In this document: positions 25,966 through 35,615 of the stretch, in pieces
Layout of the letters: each line of letters opens with the position of its first letter
Numbering within the stretch: the stretch's first letter is position 1
From: a virus
Taxonomy: Duplodnaviria; Caudoviricetes
Length of the DNA stretch: 58,740 bases
Strand: one strand, 5' to 3'
Virus record (IMG/VR): IMGVR_UViG_3300046170_000273
Coordinates: 1-58,740 of that record
Position numbers and translations under genes: made by a program
Notes under the pieces: generated by a model
Database searches by the model: none
What the model saw: the letters and a program-made list of their open reading frames with translations, nothing else
What the model was told of the DNA's origin: nothing

Positions 25966-25995
25966 GCGGGCCCTCCACTCTCGCTTCAGGCCCAC
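25966..25995 (-). promoter_or_regulatory. Hairpin upstream of primase
   Basis: GTGGGCCT-GAA-GC-GAGA-GT-GGA-GGGCCCGC, GNRA loop and purine internal loop. Confidence 0.5.
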
Positions 25996-26019
25996 ACTGT
26001 GCACATATCCCCTAAGGAA

Positions 26020-26781
26020 TTATATAATGCTTTTTTGGTCCTTCGGTTTCTCTTCGCCATGTTTAGCTTTCACAGCACCTTTTGAGATGCTATCGCTAAA
26101 ACCTTTAGCTTGATCGTAAAGACCTTTGTCAGTTACTGGGCCGACTTTACTAACTTCCCAACCAAACCAAGTGCCTTTATCGTTTGACATTTGGGTAGTC
26201 TTTAGTTTGTAAATGTGGCTGAAAGATGCCGGTGTAAACATTCCGTTTGCACCCTTCATTTTAATTCCAGACATCATTGAGTTCCACTTTCTACTAATTT
26301 TTAATTGAGTAGATTTCATAGAGATCAACGCTGTCGATGGACTATCTCCCGATACTATAACAAAGTGAGATGCAGTCTTCTCAATATAATTACCATTTGG
26401 TAATCTATCTTTGTAGTTTGCATCCGGTGTTGTTTTAGACATGATATCAGATGATGAATCATAGATTGCAATTGGTGCACCTAGACCTTCTCCTCTATCT
26501 TTCCATTCAATGTACTCCAACTTATAAAAGCATGGTATTACATTGATACCTTTCACTCCATCATAGAGTTCTCCAGAGACAGAATTGAATATCATTCCTG
26601 GCTCTGCACCTTCGACATACTTACCATCACGTTTGTTAACTTCTGGTGAAAGCTGTCCAAGGATTTTTAGAAAAGGTAAGGCTAGATCTTCTTGACCTAT
26701 TGCACCTAAACCTTTTGCTGCATCATCTTCAAACATATTTGCTGGAAGACCCGCAGACTTTTTCTCTGTTACTTGGTTCAT
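26020..26781 (-). CDS. Putative single-stranded DNA-binding protein
   Basis: 253 aa in the replication module; MKSTQLK and KGTWFGW aromatic motifs. Confidence 0.6.
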   Translation of the reverse strand: MNQVTEKKSAGLPANMFEDDAAKGLGAIGQEDLALPFLKILGQLSPEVNKRDGKYVEGAEPGMIFNSVSGELYDGVKGINVIPCFYKLEYIEWKDRGEGLGAPIAIYDSSSDIMSKTTPDANYKDRLPNGNYIEKTASHFVIVSGDSPSTALISMKSTQLKISRKWNSMMSGIKMKGANGMFTPASFSHIYKLKTTQMSNDKGTWFGWEVSKVGPVTDKGLYDQAKGFSDSISKGAVKAKHGEEKPKDQKSII

Positions 26782-26783
26782 GT

Positions 26784-27371
26784 TTATTTACTCCTCGTTA
26801 TTTTAGTCCTGTTTCCTGCGAACACATTAAATAGGTCAGAAGGCATCTCTTGTCCAGACTCAAGACGCTCTCTGACTAGTGCTTTAAGAGTCATTGGTTC
26901 GACCTTTAGTTTCTGGACAGGTTCGTACCCGTGACCCTTTGCAAGGTCTGCATATTTGCTCGCCTTGTTATCTTCGTTACGACCAAAGGAAACTGTAATC
27001 TCATTTTTAATAAGATCACCTAGGCCGTTTTCTCGAAGCCATGTATAGGCTGCTTCTTTATTAGCTACTGTAATAGAAGCGCCATAAACTGGTTTTACTT
27101 CAACTGAAGAACCATCTGCTAGTTTTAATGTAGAGATATTCATCTCTTGCATCATGGTAGGTATAACCTCACCAGAAACTAGTTCGACTTTTCTTTTCAG
27201 TTCTTTTAATTCTTTTTCTTTATCTACCAACTCGTCCTCTAATTGTTTTAGTTTGACAACTTGATCCGATAATGATTTTGCATCGTTTACTGAATTAAGA
27301 TCCTCTCTTTGATCTTCCTCAAAGTTTATTGATCCACTTCCAGTAAACACTTTTACTTTAACATCACTCAT
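26784..27371 (-). CDS. Conserved replication-module coiled-coil protein
   Basis: 195 aa; AYTWLRENGLGDLIK, PMTLKA. Confidence 0.75.
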   Translation of the reverse strand: MSDVKVKVFTGSGSINFEEDQREDLNSVNDAKSLSDQVVKLKQLEDELVDKEKELKELKRKVELVSGEVIPTMMQEMNISTLKLADGSSVEVKPVYGASITVANKEAAYTWLRENGLGDLIKNEITVSFGRNEDNKASKYADLAKGHGYEPVQKLKVEPMTLKALVRERLESGQEMPSDLFNVFAGNRTKITRSK

Positions 27372-27720
27372 TTATTTTTCCTTTCTCATATAAGTTAATT
27401 TTAATAGGATAGTATCTTCTTTCTTGTCTGTCCCATTTAAGTAAGTTGTATTTACCATTTGTAATATCAGATACAATAGAACACGCAACACCAATAATAG
27501 CAGGATCACCAGTTAACAACAAATAATCATCAGCTTTGAAATCTTTTAAAAGTTTTCTAAGTTTAAAAATTAATGGTCCTGGTGAAAAAATAATTTGAGA
27601 TAATTCAGGTAGTAATGTTTTTATCTCACCATAATGCATTGCACCTGTTATATTTATTTTAGGTGTACCTGCTTGGCTTCCTGGTACTTCTTGTACTACA
27701 TAAACTATTCTTTCTGACAT
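27364..27720 (-). CDS. Hypothetical alpha/beta protein (YLLLTGDP), probably leaderless
   Basis: Start MSERIVYVVQE 7 nt after the -10. Confidence 0.7.
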   Translation of the reverse strand: MSERIVYVVQEVPGSQAGTPKINITGAMHYGEIKTLLPELSQIIFSPGPLIFKLRKLLKDFKADDYLLLTGDPAIIGVACSIVSDITNGKYNLLKWDRQERRYYPIKINLYEKGKINE

Positions 27721-27756
27721 TGACAAACAATATAAAGATGTTATATACTTTGTCAA
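27720..27756. promoter_or_regulatory. Face-to-face overlapping promoters (+: TTGACA-18-TATACT; -: TTGACA-18-TATTGT)
   Basis: Two consensus -35 hexamers in inverted orientation at the strand switch. Confidence 0.75.
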
Positions 27757-27776
27757 TAGAAAGAAGAAAAAATATT

Positions 27777-29210
27777 ATGAATTATAAATTTAAAACACAG
27801 CCATACGAGCATCAGCTTAAGGCGTTAGAAATGTCATGGGAAAGACCCTACTTTGCATACTTTATGGAGATGGGTACTGGTAAATCTAAAGTATTAATAG
27901 ATAATATATCTATGCTGTATGATAATGGTAAGATCAATGGTGTTCTAATTGTGGCACCAAAAGGTGTAGTAAAGAATTGGCATGAGGGAGAGATACCCAC
28001 ACACTTAGTAGACCATATAGAACACAAAAATATTTTGTGGCAATCATTAATCAATGTAAAGCAACAAAGAAAATTAGATACATTGTTTGAAACAGGTGAA
28101 GACCTACACATATTAGTTATGAATGTAGAGTCTTTGTCTACTAAAAAAGGTGTAGCGTTTGCAGAAAAATTTTTAAACTCACATAGAACATTGATGGCTA
28201 TTGATGAGTCTACAACAATAAAAAATCCAGAAGCTAAACGTACAAAAAATATTGTCGGTCTTGGTAAGCTTGCAATATATAGAAGAATACTTACAGGTTC
28301 ACCTGTAACTAAATCACCATTAGATCTATACAAACAATGTGAGTTTTTAGAAGATGAACTACTAGGTTTTAATTCTTACTATGCATTTAGAACTAGGTAT
28401 GCGGTTATGAGAACCGCAAACTTTAGTGGTCGATCTGTACAGATAGTTGTAGGTTATAGAAACTTAGATGAACTTGCTGATAAATTAAAAGCATTTTCTT
28501 ACAGAGTATTAAAAGATGAATGTTTAGATCTTCCAAAGAAGACATTTATGAAGAGAGAAGTAATGTTGACGCCAGATCAAACCAAAGCTTATCTGCAAAT
28601 GCAGAAGCTAGCTCACGCTCAAATGAATGGTAAGCTAATGTCTACAGCTACTGTATTAACTCAATTAATGAGGCTACAACAGATAACTTGTGGCCATTTT
28701 ACAGCTGATGATGGTACGATACAAGAACTGCCAAACAATAGAATAAGTGAGCTATTAGATGTATTAGATGAAGTTGAGGGTAAGGTTGTTATTTGGGCTC
28801 AGTTTCAAAGAGATGTACATAATATTATAAAAGCTTTACACAAAGAGTATGGTGAGAGTTCTTTTGTTGATTACTATGGACTAACACCACAAGAAGATAG
28901 GCAGAAAAATATACAAAAATTTCAGGACCCTGATTCCGGAGTCCGGTTTTTCATAGGCACCACACAAACTGGTGGTTATGGTATTACATTAACTGCTGCA
29001 TCAACTATGATTTATTATTCTAATGGTTATGATTTAGAGAAAAGACAACAATCAGAAGCTAGAATAGATCGTATAGGTCAAACAAAACCAATGACTTACA
29101 TTGACATTATATGTGAGAATACTGTAGATACGCGAATAGTGAAAGCACTACGTAAGAAAGTAGATATAGCCACACAGATAATGGGAGAGGATTTAAAAGA
29201 ATGGATTTAA
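27777..29210 (+). CDS. SNF2-family (SF2) helicase
   Basis: EMGTGKS, DES, LTGSP, GITLT, QSEARIDRIGQ. Confidence 0.93.
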   Translation: MNYKFKTQPYEHQLKALEMSWERPYFAYFMEMGTGKSKVLIDNISMLYDNGKINGVLIVAPKGVVKNWHEGEIPTHLVDHIEHKNILWQSLINVKQQRKLDTLFETGEDLHILVMNVESLSTKKGVAFAEKFLNSHRTLMAIDESTTIKNPEAKRTKNIVGLGKLAIYRRILTGSPVTKSPLDLYKQCEFLEDELLGFNSYYAFRTRYAVMRTANFSGRSVQIVVGYRNLDELADKLKAFSYRVLKDECLDLPKKTFMKREVMLTPDQTKAYLQMQKLAHAQMNGKLMSTATVLTQLMRLQQITCGHFTADDGTIQELPNNRISELLDVLDEVEGKVVIWAQFQRDVHNIIKALHKEYGESSFVDYYGLTPQEDRQKNIQKFQDPDSGVRFFIGTTQTGGYGITLTAASTMIYYSNGYDLEKRQQSEARIDRIGQTKPMTYIDIICENTVDTRIVKALRKKVDIATQIMGEDLKEWI

Positions 29211-29274
29211 GACCCGGTGTTGTAATTAGAATGGGACTATGGATTAGTCTTGTAGCCTGTATACTTTGGTATTT

Positions 29275-29751
29275 TTAAACTAGATCTTTTGCTTTTCCAA
29301 GAACAGGTTTATATTTAGTCTTACCTTCTGATTTGTAAGCCCAAAGATATGATGCTCTAGGTTTATCTGCAATCCAACTACAATGTATCCAGCCCGAATT
29401 AGGTTCGCCAGGAGTGTAGAACTCGAGGATGAGCTGATCATACGGAAGTTCTCTATGAATCCAATCTGCAAGCTCTGCATTGTCTACGCCTGGACATTCG
29501 AAATCTGCCGCCTCAGCTTTTGCATGCTGCGAATTAACCGAGCTGCCGATTGCAACACACAACTCTGGGCTACGAAATCCGCTCGTCACCTTAACTCTAC
29601 CGAAGTGATCACGCACTGGTTGTAAAATATTTTCACAAAGTAATTTTAAATTTTCTATTTGACCAGCATTAGGATTATTATTAATCCCACGCCTGATAGC
29701 TGTGTCTGATTTAATAAGCTCTGAAAGGCTAAAGTTACGTGTAAGTTCCAT
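29275..29751 (-). CDS. Peptidase M15A endolysin
   Basis: SGFR...SQH...AAD...WIH Zn ligands. Confidence 0.88.
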   Translation of the reverse strand: MELTRNFSLSELIKSDTAIRRGINNNPNAGQIENLKLLCENILQPVRDHFGRVKVTSGFRSPELCVAIGSSVNSQHAKAEAADFECPGVDNAELADWIHRELPYDQLILEFYTPGEPNSGWIHCSWIADKPRASYLWAYKSEGKTKYKPVLGKAKDLV

Positions 29752-29915
29752 TATAGTTTTCCTTGTAGTTCTTTTAAATATTTTTCGTTTTCTTCTAGTT
29801 CAATTTGTTCTGGAGTTTTTTTAATTTTATTTAACACATAGTATACAACAAGAGCTCCTATACATATACACCCCATGCCATAAAAAAACATTCCTATGCC
29901 AAAACTAGCTGTCAT
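29751..29915 (-). CDS. 54-aa TM protein (not in ORF track)
   Basis: TAATG-coupled at both ends; N-terminal TM segment. Confidence 0.6.
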   Translation of the reverse strand: MTASFGIGMFFYGMGCICIGALVVYYVLNKIKKTPEQIELEENEKYLKELQGKL

Positions 29916-30094
29916 TATTTCATATAGTTCATGACTAAAGCTAGGATAACTGACCCCATTCCTCCTACAATCATGTATTCTATTCTTCTAATACGTTCTT
30001 TCATTTCTTTTATTTGTTCGAACGTTTGCTTCTGCATTATTCTGCAAAGCTTTTCATGAGATTCTATTTTTTCTAATGCCGATTTTCTAGCCAT
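29915..30094 (-). CDS. 59-aa coiled-coil/C-terminal TM protein (XhlA/holin-like; not in ORF track)
   Basis: HEKLC..., C-terminal TM, upstream of the endolysin. Confidence 0.6.
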   Translation of the reverse strand: MARKSALEKIESHEKLCRIMQKQTFEQIKEMKERIRRIEYMIVGGMGSVILALVMNYMK

Positions 30095-30096
30095 AA

Positions 30097-33000
30097 TTAT
30101 CCTGTTGGAAATAGTATTCTTAATTTTTGTTCTGTTGTCAAGCTAGAAAGTTGGTTTCCAGAGTTAACATTATTAACATTACCAACAATATTTGAGTCAA
30201 TACTAGGTAGATTCAATGATGATGGCGTCGCAGGTGTGTCTTGAAAGATAGGTAATAATGGATTTTCGATTAAAGGAAACTCAGGTTCTAATAAAGAAGT
30301 TGTTCGTAACTGTTGTTGTATTTGACCTAATGCATCTCCTGCAGCAAGTAAAGGGTTAGACTCACCTATCTTTGCAGCATTTTCTGCAAACGCTTGTCGT
30401 ATTTCTGGTGAAATATTAATTGGTCTAAATATATTATTATCTATAGATGCAATTTCTACATTGGAAAGTCTATCAGTAGAATTTCTTAAACCACTCTGTG
30501 TGATACCTAATATTCTTGCTGCGTCTACATCTAATTTAAAATTTTTTCTAACATTAAACAATGCTCTGTTTGCATTAATGTATGCATCTACAATTTCATT
30601 TGGTTCTACTGGTCCACCTTTTAAAGCTTCTCTAGTAAACAATTGTCTAGATTCCCTTACACCTCTTTGATAGTTTGCAACTTTATATTTTAAAGTTCTA
30701 TCTGGATTTACTTTTACAGATCTAAAACCAAACAAACCTGCAAACTCATCACCAAACTCATATGCTTGTCCGTATTTATCAAACTTACCTTTTTGTAATA
30801 CATTAACAGACTCTATTGATTGATCTAATCTTTTTAATTGGTTAAGTGAAAACGGCATTTGTGCCTCTACTAAGTGAGCCATAATTTTATATGACTTATC
30901 ACCTGCAGTATCTTGTGGATTAAATACCTGGAAACCATCTCTAGTTCTACCACCTCTAGCTATAATATCTGTTACAGCTTCAGTCCAAATAGATTCTGAT
31001 ATAAAAGGCTGAGCAAATTCTTTCATTGATGTAAACATACCACCGATAAAATCATTCATGATTCCATCTTCATCTGTTCTACCATCAGCTACTGAGTTTA
31101 ATACAGTTTGAATAGGTCTAGATAACGTGTCGTAAGCATTAGCGTGACTAAAATCTACGTATTTAAAATTACCTTCTTCATCTTTTATTGGCAGTAGTGT
31201 TGAGTTTTTAGACCAGTCAGCTACATATCTTCTAAGAGCTTCTCTCTCATCATCCGTTACATTATAGATTGCAGCAAATGCTTCTGCTGTTGCAGCTGGT
31301 ACAGCTAATGTAGTTGCACCCATACCAAATAATCTAGTGTATCCAATACTTTCAAATGGTTTTACTTTTGTGCCATCAGGTAAAATTATTTCTTCGTTTA
31401 TTTCTCTAAGACCACGTCTTATAATATTAGTTCCTGTTCTAGCTATCTCTGCAGGAAACGATACGAAGTTACCAATAGGTAATTTTCTTAAACCTTTTAC
31501 AAAGTCTGATACAAAGTCATAGTTTGGTATATTATTTTTTACAATGTCTGCTGCTTCTCTTTTTAAAAAGTTATCATCAAAAACTGTTTCAATACCATTT
31601 CTTGTAAACGTTTGTCCTTTGACTAAACCTTTTGCTGAAAGACTTTTTTCTATTCTAGATTTTTCCATGGCCCATGATGCTATTTTCCAGAAGTCATCTT
31701 CAGCTGTATATAAATCTTGTGATACTTGTTTTAGTTTTGATAATGGTTTTAACAACATTCTAAAACCTTTGTCTGCTGTCATTGTTTCACCAAAGTTTAC
31801 ATCTTCTAACAGTCTTGTTAGATCTCCTAACCTTACGTTGTTGTTTACTACACCTAATTGTAATAGTTCTTCATACAAATCATTTTGTTGTCTTGTACCT
31901 TTTAGTGGTGTTTGTAATGCTTGGTATGCTTGTTTAATAGCTTGACCATCAGGTATGATACCATTTGCTGTAGCAAAGAAACTAGCACTAACAAAGTTTC
32001 TCATATGTGTTACCGGTGATAAAATTGTTTTAGCTACTTGTGATAAACCTTTTGGATATAAAACTAAACTTTCATACAACTTACCTAACATAGTAGGATC
32101 TGCTTGTTGTAGTCCTGTATCTTTTAAAGCTTTTGCAACACCAGGTCTTGCAAAAAATTGTCCTTCAGAGAAAGGATTTGTTGCACCTGTAGCAACATTA
32201 GCTTTATCTATAACTTCTTTTTTAACACCTTTACCTGCATCGATAGTTAATCTTTTTGCAGGATCAATTACTTCAACAGGTACAAAGTCTGTACCAAATA
32301 ATTCTCTAGCTTCATCTTCGCTTTTAGCTAAGAAAGGTTTTACATTACTTTTTCCAGAACTAAAAGCTGTAGCTACCTCATCATTCTTTGCCATTAAATT
32401 TTTAAAAAACATATTACGTCTTGTAAGCATAGATAGTTTTGCAGTAGCACCTATGATTGTTTGCATTGGATTTCTTTGTTTACCAAATAATTCTTCGAAG
32501 ACTTCTCTATCTGCTTTTGATTTTATCTCACCAATAGATACTAAAGGTGTTGCAGTTCTTCTTTTTAATGTTTCATCTAATACAGTTCTGTTTACAAAAA
32601 ATTCTGGTACCTGAAAGATTACATCTGAAGGTTTATCTAATCTAAAACCTTTGGGTAAATTAGGATTTTTTAATGCATTAGCTACAATCTCTTCTGCTTG
32701 CAGGTCTGTTATAGGTTTGCCTGCTTCTTCAGCACTTGACATAAATACTTTTTTTGCTCTTTCAATTGCTTCTCTTACGGGTGTGTATGCAAAGAAAGGT
32801 ATAATACTTTTGTTTTGAAATACATCATACGTTGCACCAATGTAGTTTTTAAATTTATTACCAAATAATTTTTTAAATTCTGCTATCTCATTCTTACCTA
32901 AAGTTCTTCCTAGATTAGAAAACAGATCAGCCCATCTATCTCTAATAGTCGTTAAACTTCCAAAGACAGTTCCAATAGTATCGTCATCAACTTTTAAAGC

Positions 33001-34020
33001 TTTTAATTTTTTAAGTAAGGCTTCTTTTTTTGTTTGATCCAATGCTCCAAATTTTGCAACACCAAGATCATCTATCTTTGCTTCTCCTGATAACAATAAA
33101 TCATTGATATCTTTTAATAATGCATCTCTATTTTTTTGACCTGTTCTGTTAGCTATGTTTCTAAACGGAGGAAATATTTTATCTATAGATAAATCTAATT
33201 CTCTAGATATATTTTTTGCTGCTATGGCATCAGAAGATCTCTGACCAATATTAGTTCTTTCAATATCAAAAAACTCTTGAGTCTTACCACTTCGTGCCCT
33301 GAACCCTGATGCAATTTTATCGATCCATCTATCAATCTTATCGTTAGAATCTGTTATACTTTTATTTCTATTCGTTAATCTTTTAATTACTTTACCAGTA
33401 CCACCAATTAGACCTGTAAATAAAGCACCTTCTGTACCAAACTTAACTCTGTTAATTAAATCTTTTACCGGATCACCATCAGACTCTCTGTCTATTTCTG
33501 TAGGCCCACCAATTAAATCACCAAACGTACCTATCTTTTCTACGTCACCAACAAAAGTTGCTTCACCAATACCGCCACCGATAGCTCCACCAATAAATCT
33601 ATTTGTTTTACCTCTAGTATTTAATTTTAAAATATCATCACCAAGTTTTTTTACCTGACTTGTAGGTTTAAAATACCTCATGTTCTTTGATGCTTTCATT
33701 GCATCTGCTGCAATTTTAGATCCTATTTTAAAACCTGCAGCTCCAGGTATACCAATGTTAACTAATGCCTCTGTTATTTGACCAGCAGTTGTTGCCTCTG
33801 CTTTTTCGTCTAGTGTTGTAAGATCATCAAAGAATGCTTCTACTCTAGCTGCTCTGTTTTGATCTACACCTAAATCTAAAAGTGTTGCACCTAATGAAAA
33901 GAAACCTTTGGGTATTGCAAGAAGACCTGATCCGATACCAGCTAGTACAGATTCAATTGTGCCTACTTTATTATTGTCGTCATTTGCTGACGCCATTTCT
34001 AGTTCTCTTAGAGTAGCCAT
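30097..34020 (-). CDS. Large internal virion (DNA ejection) protein
   Basis: 1307 aa, last of the ejection cluster. Confidence 0.75.
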   Translation of the reverse strand: MATLRELEMASANDDNNKVGTIESVLAGIGSGLLAIPKGFFSLGATLLDLGVDQNRAARVEAFFDDLTTLDEKAEATTAGQITEALVNIGIPGAAGFKIGSKIAADAMKASKNMRYFKPTSQVKKLGDDILKLNTRGKTNRFIGGAIGGGIGEATFVGDVEKIGTFGDLIGGPTEIDRESDGDPVKDLINRVKFGTEGALFTGLIGGTGKVIKRLTNRNKSITDSNDKIDRWIDKIASGFRARSGKTQEFFDIERTNIGQRSSDAIAAKNISRELDLSIDKIFPPFRNIANRTGQKNRDALLKDINDLLLSGEAKIDDLGVAKFGALDQTKKEALLKKLKALKVDDDTIGTVFGSLTTIRDRWADLFSNLGRTLGKNEIAEFKKLFGNKFKNYIGATYDVFQNKSIIPFFAYTPVREAIERAKKVFMSSAEEAGKPITDLQAEEIVANALKNPNLPKGFRLDKPSDVIFQVPEFFVNRTVLDETLKRRTATPLVSIGEIKSKADREVFEELFGKQRNPMQTIIGATAKLSMLTRRNMFFKNLMAKNDEVATAFSSGKSNVKPFLAKSEDEARELFGTDFVPVEVIDPAKRLTIDAGKGVKKEVIDKANVATGATNPFSEGQFFARPGVAKALKDTGLQQADPTMLGKLYESLVLYPKGLSQVAKTILSPVTHMRNFVSASFFATANGIIPDGQAIKQAYQALQTPLKGTRQQNDLYEELLQLGVVNNNVRLGDLTRLLEDVNFGETMTADKGFRMLLKPLSKLKQVSQDLYTAEDDFWKIASWAMEKSRIEKSLSAKGLVKGQTFTRNGIETVFDDNFLKREAADIVKNNIPNYDFVSDFVKGLRKLPIGNFVSFPAEIARTGTNIIRRGLREINEEIILPDGTKVKPFESIGYTRLFGMGATTLAVPAATAEAFAAIYNVTDDEREALRRYVADWSKNSTLLPIKDEEGNFKYVDFSHANAYDTLSRPIQTVLNSVADGRTDEDGIMNDFIGGMFTSMKEFAQPFISESIWTEAVTDIIARGGRTRDGFQVFNPQDTAGDKSYKIMAHLVEAQMPFSLNQLKRLDQSIESVNVLQKGKFDKYGQAYEFGDEFAGLFGFRSVKVNPDRTLKYKVANYQRGVRESRQLFTREALKGGPVEPNEIVDAYINANRALFNVRKNFKLDVDAARILGITQSGLRNSTDRLSNVEIASIDNNIFRPINISPEIRQAFAENAAKIGESNPLLAAGDALGQIQQQLRTTSLLEPEFPLIENPLLPIFQDTPATPSSLNLPSIDSNIVGNVNNVNSGNQLSSLTTEQKLRILFPTG

Positions 34021-34029
34021 AAGTTAGTC

Positions 34030-35409
34030 CTAACCCATTATTTCGTCTAGATCTACAAATGCTATTTGATTGCCTTTTTTCTCTACGGCTCTTTTGTTTA
34101 CAACATAGATACCATCATCTAGACCAGAGTAGTTTTCTTGGAAGTAATCTATTTCGTCTTTACCTTTGTTGTTATCGTTTCTTTCCCATTTTTGAAACTT
34201 GTCATCAGGTAGTGTAAGTGCATCAGTACCTTTAGATCTAATAAACTCTGTAACAATATCACTTGTTACTGTACCTGCACCAGATTTAGCAGAGGTTGCT
34301 GCTATCATATCAGCTACTGAAGTACCACCTAATTCTTTTGTTAATTTTCTAGCTTGTAATAATCTTAATTCATTAAGTACTTCATTAGCTGGATCAGATT
34401 GTTTAATATCTTTTTCAATCTCACCTTTAAGTATTGCAGCGTTAATCTGTTTTTTGAGATCAGCTGATGAATCTAAGTTTTTAGATATAGCTGATATAAT
34501 TCTGTTTTGTAAATTACCTGATTGAATAGATCCTTTAAGATCTCCACCTTCTTCAGAAACAATTTTACTTGCATCAATCAATGAATTGTAAGCTGCTTTC
34601 TTATTCATCTTATCAATACCCATTAACTTGTAATATTTTTCTCTTGTTTCGTTTATTCTATCTTCATTAATTTTAGCTTTTTCTTCTTCAGTTTTTGGAG
34701 TTTTAACTGCGCCTGTTCCATCATTAGGAACTGTTGTAATTTTATCTGTTCTCTCTAATTTTGTATCTCCGCCTGTTACTTTTGGTTCATCAGGACCAAA
34801 TGGATCAAACTTTGTACCCGGTACTAGGAAGTTTGCAAATCCTTTTGCTGTGTCTATAGCTAAAGGAAACCCTATTTCACCTGCACTATACGTTAAACTA
34901 GGTGTTGATGCTGCTAGAATTTTATTTTCTCTTATAGCCATACCTAATTTTCTAGGATCTTTTAAAGCTTGTAGATAACTTAATTTACCTGTTGCATCTA
35001 CTTTTGAACCGTAAGGAACTAAAGCTCCTTTAGTTGTTCCTGTTCCACCCATAGGTATCATAGAACCTGAACTTCTAAATCTACTACTAGGCAACATATA
35101 TTTTTGCATAAATACAGGAAGCTTACTTACAATACCTTCTGTAGCTGGTGTAAAATTCGTTGGTGTTTTTATACCAGACATAACGTTTTTAAAAAAACCA
35201 GGTGTCTGAGATACTCCTCTTCCTAAAGCAGCTCTAGCTGTATTAAATAAAGCGGCTGCAGCTGTACCATAACCATATTGTGACCTACCATCAGGTCCTT
35301 TTGGATATACAGGGTCACCCACAAGAGCAGGTTTACTTTTCATTCCAGTCATGACCCCTTCTTTAATAGGACCACCATATCTAAACATAGGTCTATTTAA
35401 AGGTCTCAT
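34030..35409 (-). CDS. Internal virion protein (LNRPMFRYGG N-terminus)
   Basis: 459 aa. Confidence 0.75.
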   Translation of the reverse strand: MRPLNRPMFRYGGPIKEGVMTGMKSKPALVGDPVYPKGPDGRSQYGYGTAAAALFNTARAALGRGVSQTPGFFKNVMSGIKTPTNFTPATEGIVSKLPVFMQKYMLPSSRFRSSGSMIPMGGTGTTKGALVPYGSKVDATGKLSYLQALKDPRKLGMAIRENKILAASTPSLTYSAGEIGFPLAIDTAKGFANFLVPGTKFDPFGPDEPKVTGGDTKLERTDKITTVPNDGTGAVKTPKTEEEKAKINEDRINETREKYYKLMGIDKMNKKAAYNSLIDASKIVSEEGGDLKGSIQSGNLQNRIISAISKNLDSSADLKKQINAAILKGEIEKDIKQSDPANEVLNELRLLQARKLTKELGGTSVADMIAATSAKSGAGTVTSDIVTEFIRSKGTDALTLPDDKFQKWERNDNNKGKDEIDYFQENYSGLDDGIYVVNKRAVEKKGNQIAFVDLDEIMG

Positions 35410-35615
35410 TTCTTCCTCTTTTTCATTGCTTTACCAAAACCACGTTTGGCTATTCCACATCCTCTAACTCTACCACCGTCTTTAAGTCCTAACATTTTCA
35501 TACCCATGTCAAGAGCAGTGTGTCCGTACATACCACTTTCAAGTATTTTTCTACCCATTGATTTACTAGGGTCTAAAGGATTTAAAAATTTTAAAATTTT
35601 ATTTTGTTTAGCCAT
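35406..35615 (-). CDS. Small basic protein with LKDGG..GCGIAKRG
   Basis: 69 aa, overlaps both neighbours. Confidence 0.7.
   Translation of the reverse strand: MAKQNKILKFLNPLDPSKSMGRKILESGMYGHTALDMGMKMLGLKDGGRVRGCGIAKRGFGKAMKKRKK

Noticed and set aside
25966-25976. Seventh copy of the cassette motif (GCGGGCCCTCC)
   Set aside because: Partial match only, explained as one arm of the primase-leader hairpin, with no CAAGC or promoter context.
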